Origin: Alphaproteobacteria bacterium | GTDB lineage: Bacteria > Pseudomonadota > Alphaproteobacteria > MPNO01 > UBA830 | Assembly: GCA_964291215.2 (NCBI GenBank) | Contig: OZ219791.1 | Coordinates: 2,528,001 to 2,592,000, forward strand | Direction of reading: 5' to 3' | DNA: 64,000 nt | Shown here: positions 62,103-64,000 of the stretch, one piece after another | How positions within the stretch are numbered: the stretch's first letter is position 1 | Layout: the number at the start of each line of letters is the position of its first letter | The notes under the pieces: generated by a model | Seen by the model: only the letters and a program-made list of their open reading frames with translations | What the model was told of the DNA's origin: nothing | The model's database searches: none | Translations under genes and position numbers: made by a program

Positions 62103-62400
62103 AATCTCACGGTGAGGAGGAGTGCGAAACCGCGCCGGAACAATGGTCGTCGGATCGGGAGCGTCCCGGATTTGAGCACGGTTCCGGTGCAAATGCGGTG
62201 AGTTCTGTGATGGTCGGGATGCAGATCCCGGTGACGCGGCTCACCCCTGCTGCGAGGAAGGAGGGCACCGGCGGGTACGAGAGAGAGCCGGGTGTCGTGT
62301 CATGAGCATTTACGCTTGCAAGTCGGCAGAATTCCCCACCCGCAGATGAAAGAGGAAATCAGCACTTCCAAATTTATGTTCGGGTTCAAATCCTCCATCG

Positions 62401-62799
62401 TCAGCTTGCTTCCGCTTCCGTCAACCGGCTTCGGACCGTCCTGCGCAACGCTTCCACCTGTTCGATGGCCAAGGACCGGTCAAGCGGGCAGGCGCCCGGA
62501 TCGACGCTCGCGTAACGCAGACGAACGGCGTAGCGGGTATAGTCGACCAACTTGTCGAAACGGACGACATCCGCTTCCTGGGTGCTTAGCATGTCCAGCA
62601 AGGCCGCCAGATCATGCGACAACGGATAGGTTTCGCCCCGCAAAGCGAGCCAGGCCTTGAACAGCTTCTCTGCTGCTTGCTGGACATGGAAGCCAAAAAT
62701 CTCGTCGGCGAAGACGTTTGCATCGCCCATGCCGTGAAGCGCCGAAAGATCTTTCTCCGCCGCGTTGGTTAATTCCCGCGCCTGCTCAAGGTCTTTCAT
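62401..62799 (-). CDS. HEPN-domain protein
   Basis: FHVQQAAEKLFKAWL, YPLSHDL, YAVRLRY; overlaps the upstream MNT gene. Confidence 0.85.
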   Translation of the reverse strand: MKDLEQARELTNAAEKDLSALHGMGDANVFADEIFGFHVQQAAEKLFKAWLALRGETYPLSHDLAALLDMLSTQEADVVRFDKLVDYTRYAVRLRYASVDPGACPLDRSLAIEQVEALRRTVRSRLTEAEAS

Positions 62800-63121
62800 A
62801 GAGCACTCTGCCCTCGCGCAGCGCACGCGCAAGCACATGATTAAGGGAGCCGCGCCAGCGGGCAGCCTCGTCCGAACTGTATACGAGGATATCCTTCGGA
62901 ACGTGGAAAGTTGCAAGCGCACGCCAAAGGCGCGTCTCTTCGGTGCCGCGGTCCCGACCCGGCCCAAAAGGTTCTGCCTCGACGACCACCAGATCGACAT
63001 CCGAATCCGCGGCGGCGTCACCGCGGGCGCGAGAGCCGAAAAGGATCACCCGCTCGGGATCAGCTACTTCAACGATGGCCGCCGTCATCCGCCGCAGAAG
63101 CGCATCGTCAATCACAGGCAT
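62786..63121 (-). CDS. Minimal nucleotidyltransferase (MNT), partner of the HEPN protein
   Basis: ILFGSRARGDAAADSDVDL (GSx10DxD); C-terminal ALREGRVLYE. Confidence 0.88.
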   Translation of the reverse strand: MPVIDDALLRRMTAAIVEVADPERVILFGSRARGDAAADSDVDLVVVEAEPFGPGRDRGTEETRLWRALATFHVPKDILVYSSDEAARWRGSLNHVLARALREGRVLYERP

Positions 63122-63649
63122 GTTCTTTTCCACCTGTTCGGATGCCTCTATCATCCTGGAAAGCAGTGAAAAGGGTGCCGTTCGCTACCGGCAACTAGTT
63201 CTGCCGCAAGGCTCCCGCACTCCGTCCCGTCCGCAACAATCACGCTGTAGTCGGTCGGCAGACTTATCCGGGTACCTTCAGGGGCGGTGGAGCGGCACCG
63301 TCGAATCGTTTGACCGCATCGCTTCCGGCCCGGGTCAGCTATCGTATGGATTTCGATAGAAATCGACCGGTGAACAAGCTCATATTCTCGTCGATCAACC
63401 CCTTCTTGCCGGTCCACTTTTCCGTTGCATCGTAGTCCTCGATCAACACATGCGGCGGGCAATGAAGGCGAACAGGTTAGCCACCGGAATCAATCCTGCA
63501 TGGTGCGGCCTGATCGAGAATGTCGAGTCCATGATTTGGCCGAGCCGTGTCTACTTCCTCTTCCTGTCGTAGTCGTCCTCAGCCCAAGTTGGTAGTTTCC
63601 TGAGTACATCGCAGAGCTTGCCTACTTTACCCTCGTTGTCATCGAAGAT

Positions 63650-64000
63650 CAAGAGTAACTCAAGGTGATCCCATGCTTGTTGATGTGATGTGATCGGAGT
63701 CCTGATCGCGGCGCGGGTCGACGCGTTCGAGGCTGCGATTTTGAGATTTGCTGACGCGCTGTTGCGGCGCGGGGCGCGACTGGTCGGCGTATCCGGGGCG
63801 AGCGAGAGGCCTTGGTTGCCGGGCTCGAAAGCTTGCAGTTTCTGTCGGGGAGAGAGGCGCGGTCAGCCTGGTCTTGTGATTGCGTGCAGGACCTGCTTGC
63901 GCTTGTCGGCATAGTGGTGGCGGGCGTCGACGAAGCTGTTGAAGGGTTTGGGCAGCTTGTTGTGGATGATGATTGCGAGGGTGAGCGCGTTGTTTGCGGG
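63650..64000 (-). mobile_element. Probable 3' end of another mobile element running off the window
   Basis: Minus-strand ORF tail (...FVDARHHYADKRKQVL...) with distinct composition, ending near CTTGAGTTACTCTTG; family not determined. Confidence 0.3.

Noticed and set aside
1-64000. CRISPR arrays, tRNA or rRNA genes
   Set aside because: No regularly spaced repeats or recognisable RNA genes seen by eye; a covariance-model scan was not possible.

Overview
GC-rich, probably alphaproteobacterial chromosomal window (inferred from petABC and TRAP/ABC content). Intact metabolic blocks alternate with dense stacks of nested, decaying mobile elements. Host blocks: a Liv-type ABC transporter plus PaaK-like CoA ligase (1-6053); maiA plus an MBL hydrolase (14.0-15.7 kb); petABC with GNAT/MFS/CitE/CaiB/TRAP genes (37.5-47.9 kb); an hmfABCDE-like furoate catabolic operon with extra genes (51.6-62.1 kb); and a HEPN/MNT pair. 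Main finding (21.8-30.5 kb): a PLD-nuclease/SNF2-helicase gene is coupled to an Eco57I/Type IIG-like N6-adenine methyltransferase. The MTase 3' specificity region lies between two nested pairs of perfect inverted repeats (191 bp and 23 bp), faces an inverted alternative specificity cassette, and is followed directly by an intact tyrosine recombinase. This looks like a 4-state target-specificity shufflon for a two-protein defence system. Second, nearly all multi-copy mobile elements (IS66-like, IS256, IS4/DUF4338, IS1634, ISAzo13, IS110, group II introns) carry many 2-15 bp deletions, often at microhomologies, while many keep their ends and target duplications. Third, the IS66-like element carries a Dam-like methyltransferase passenger. 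Family calls come from recalled motifs, not database searches.
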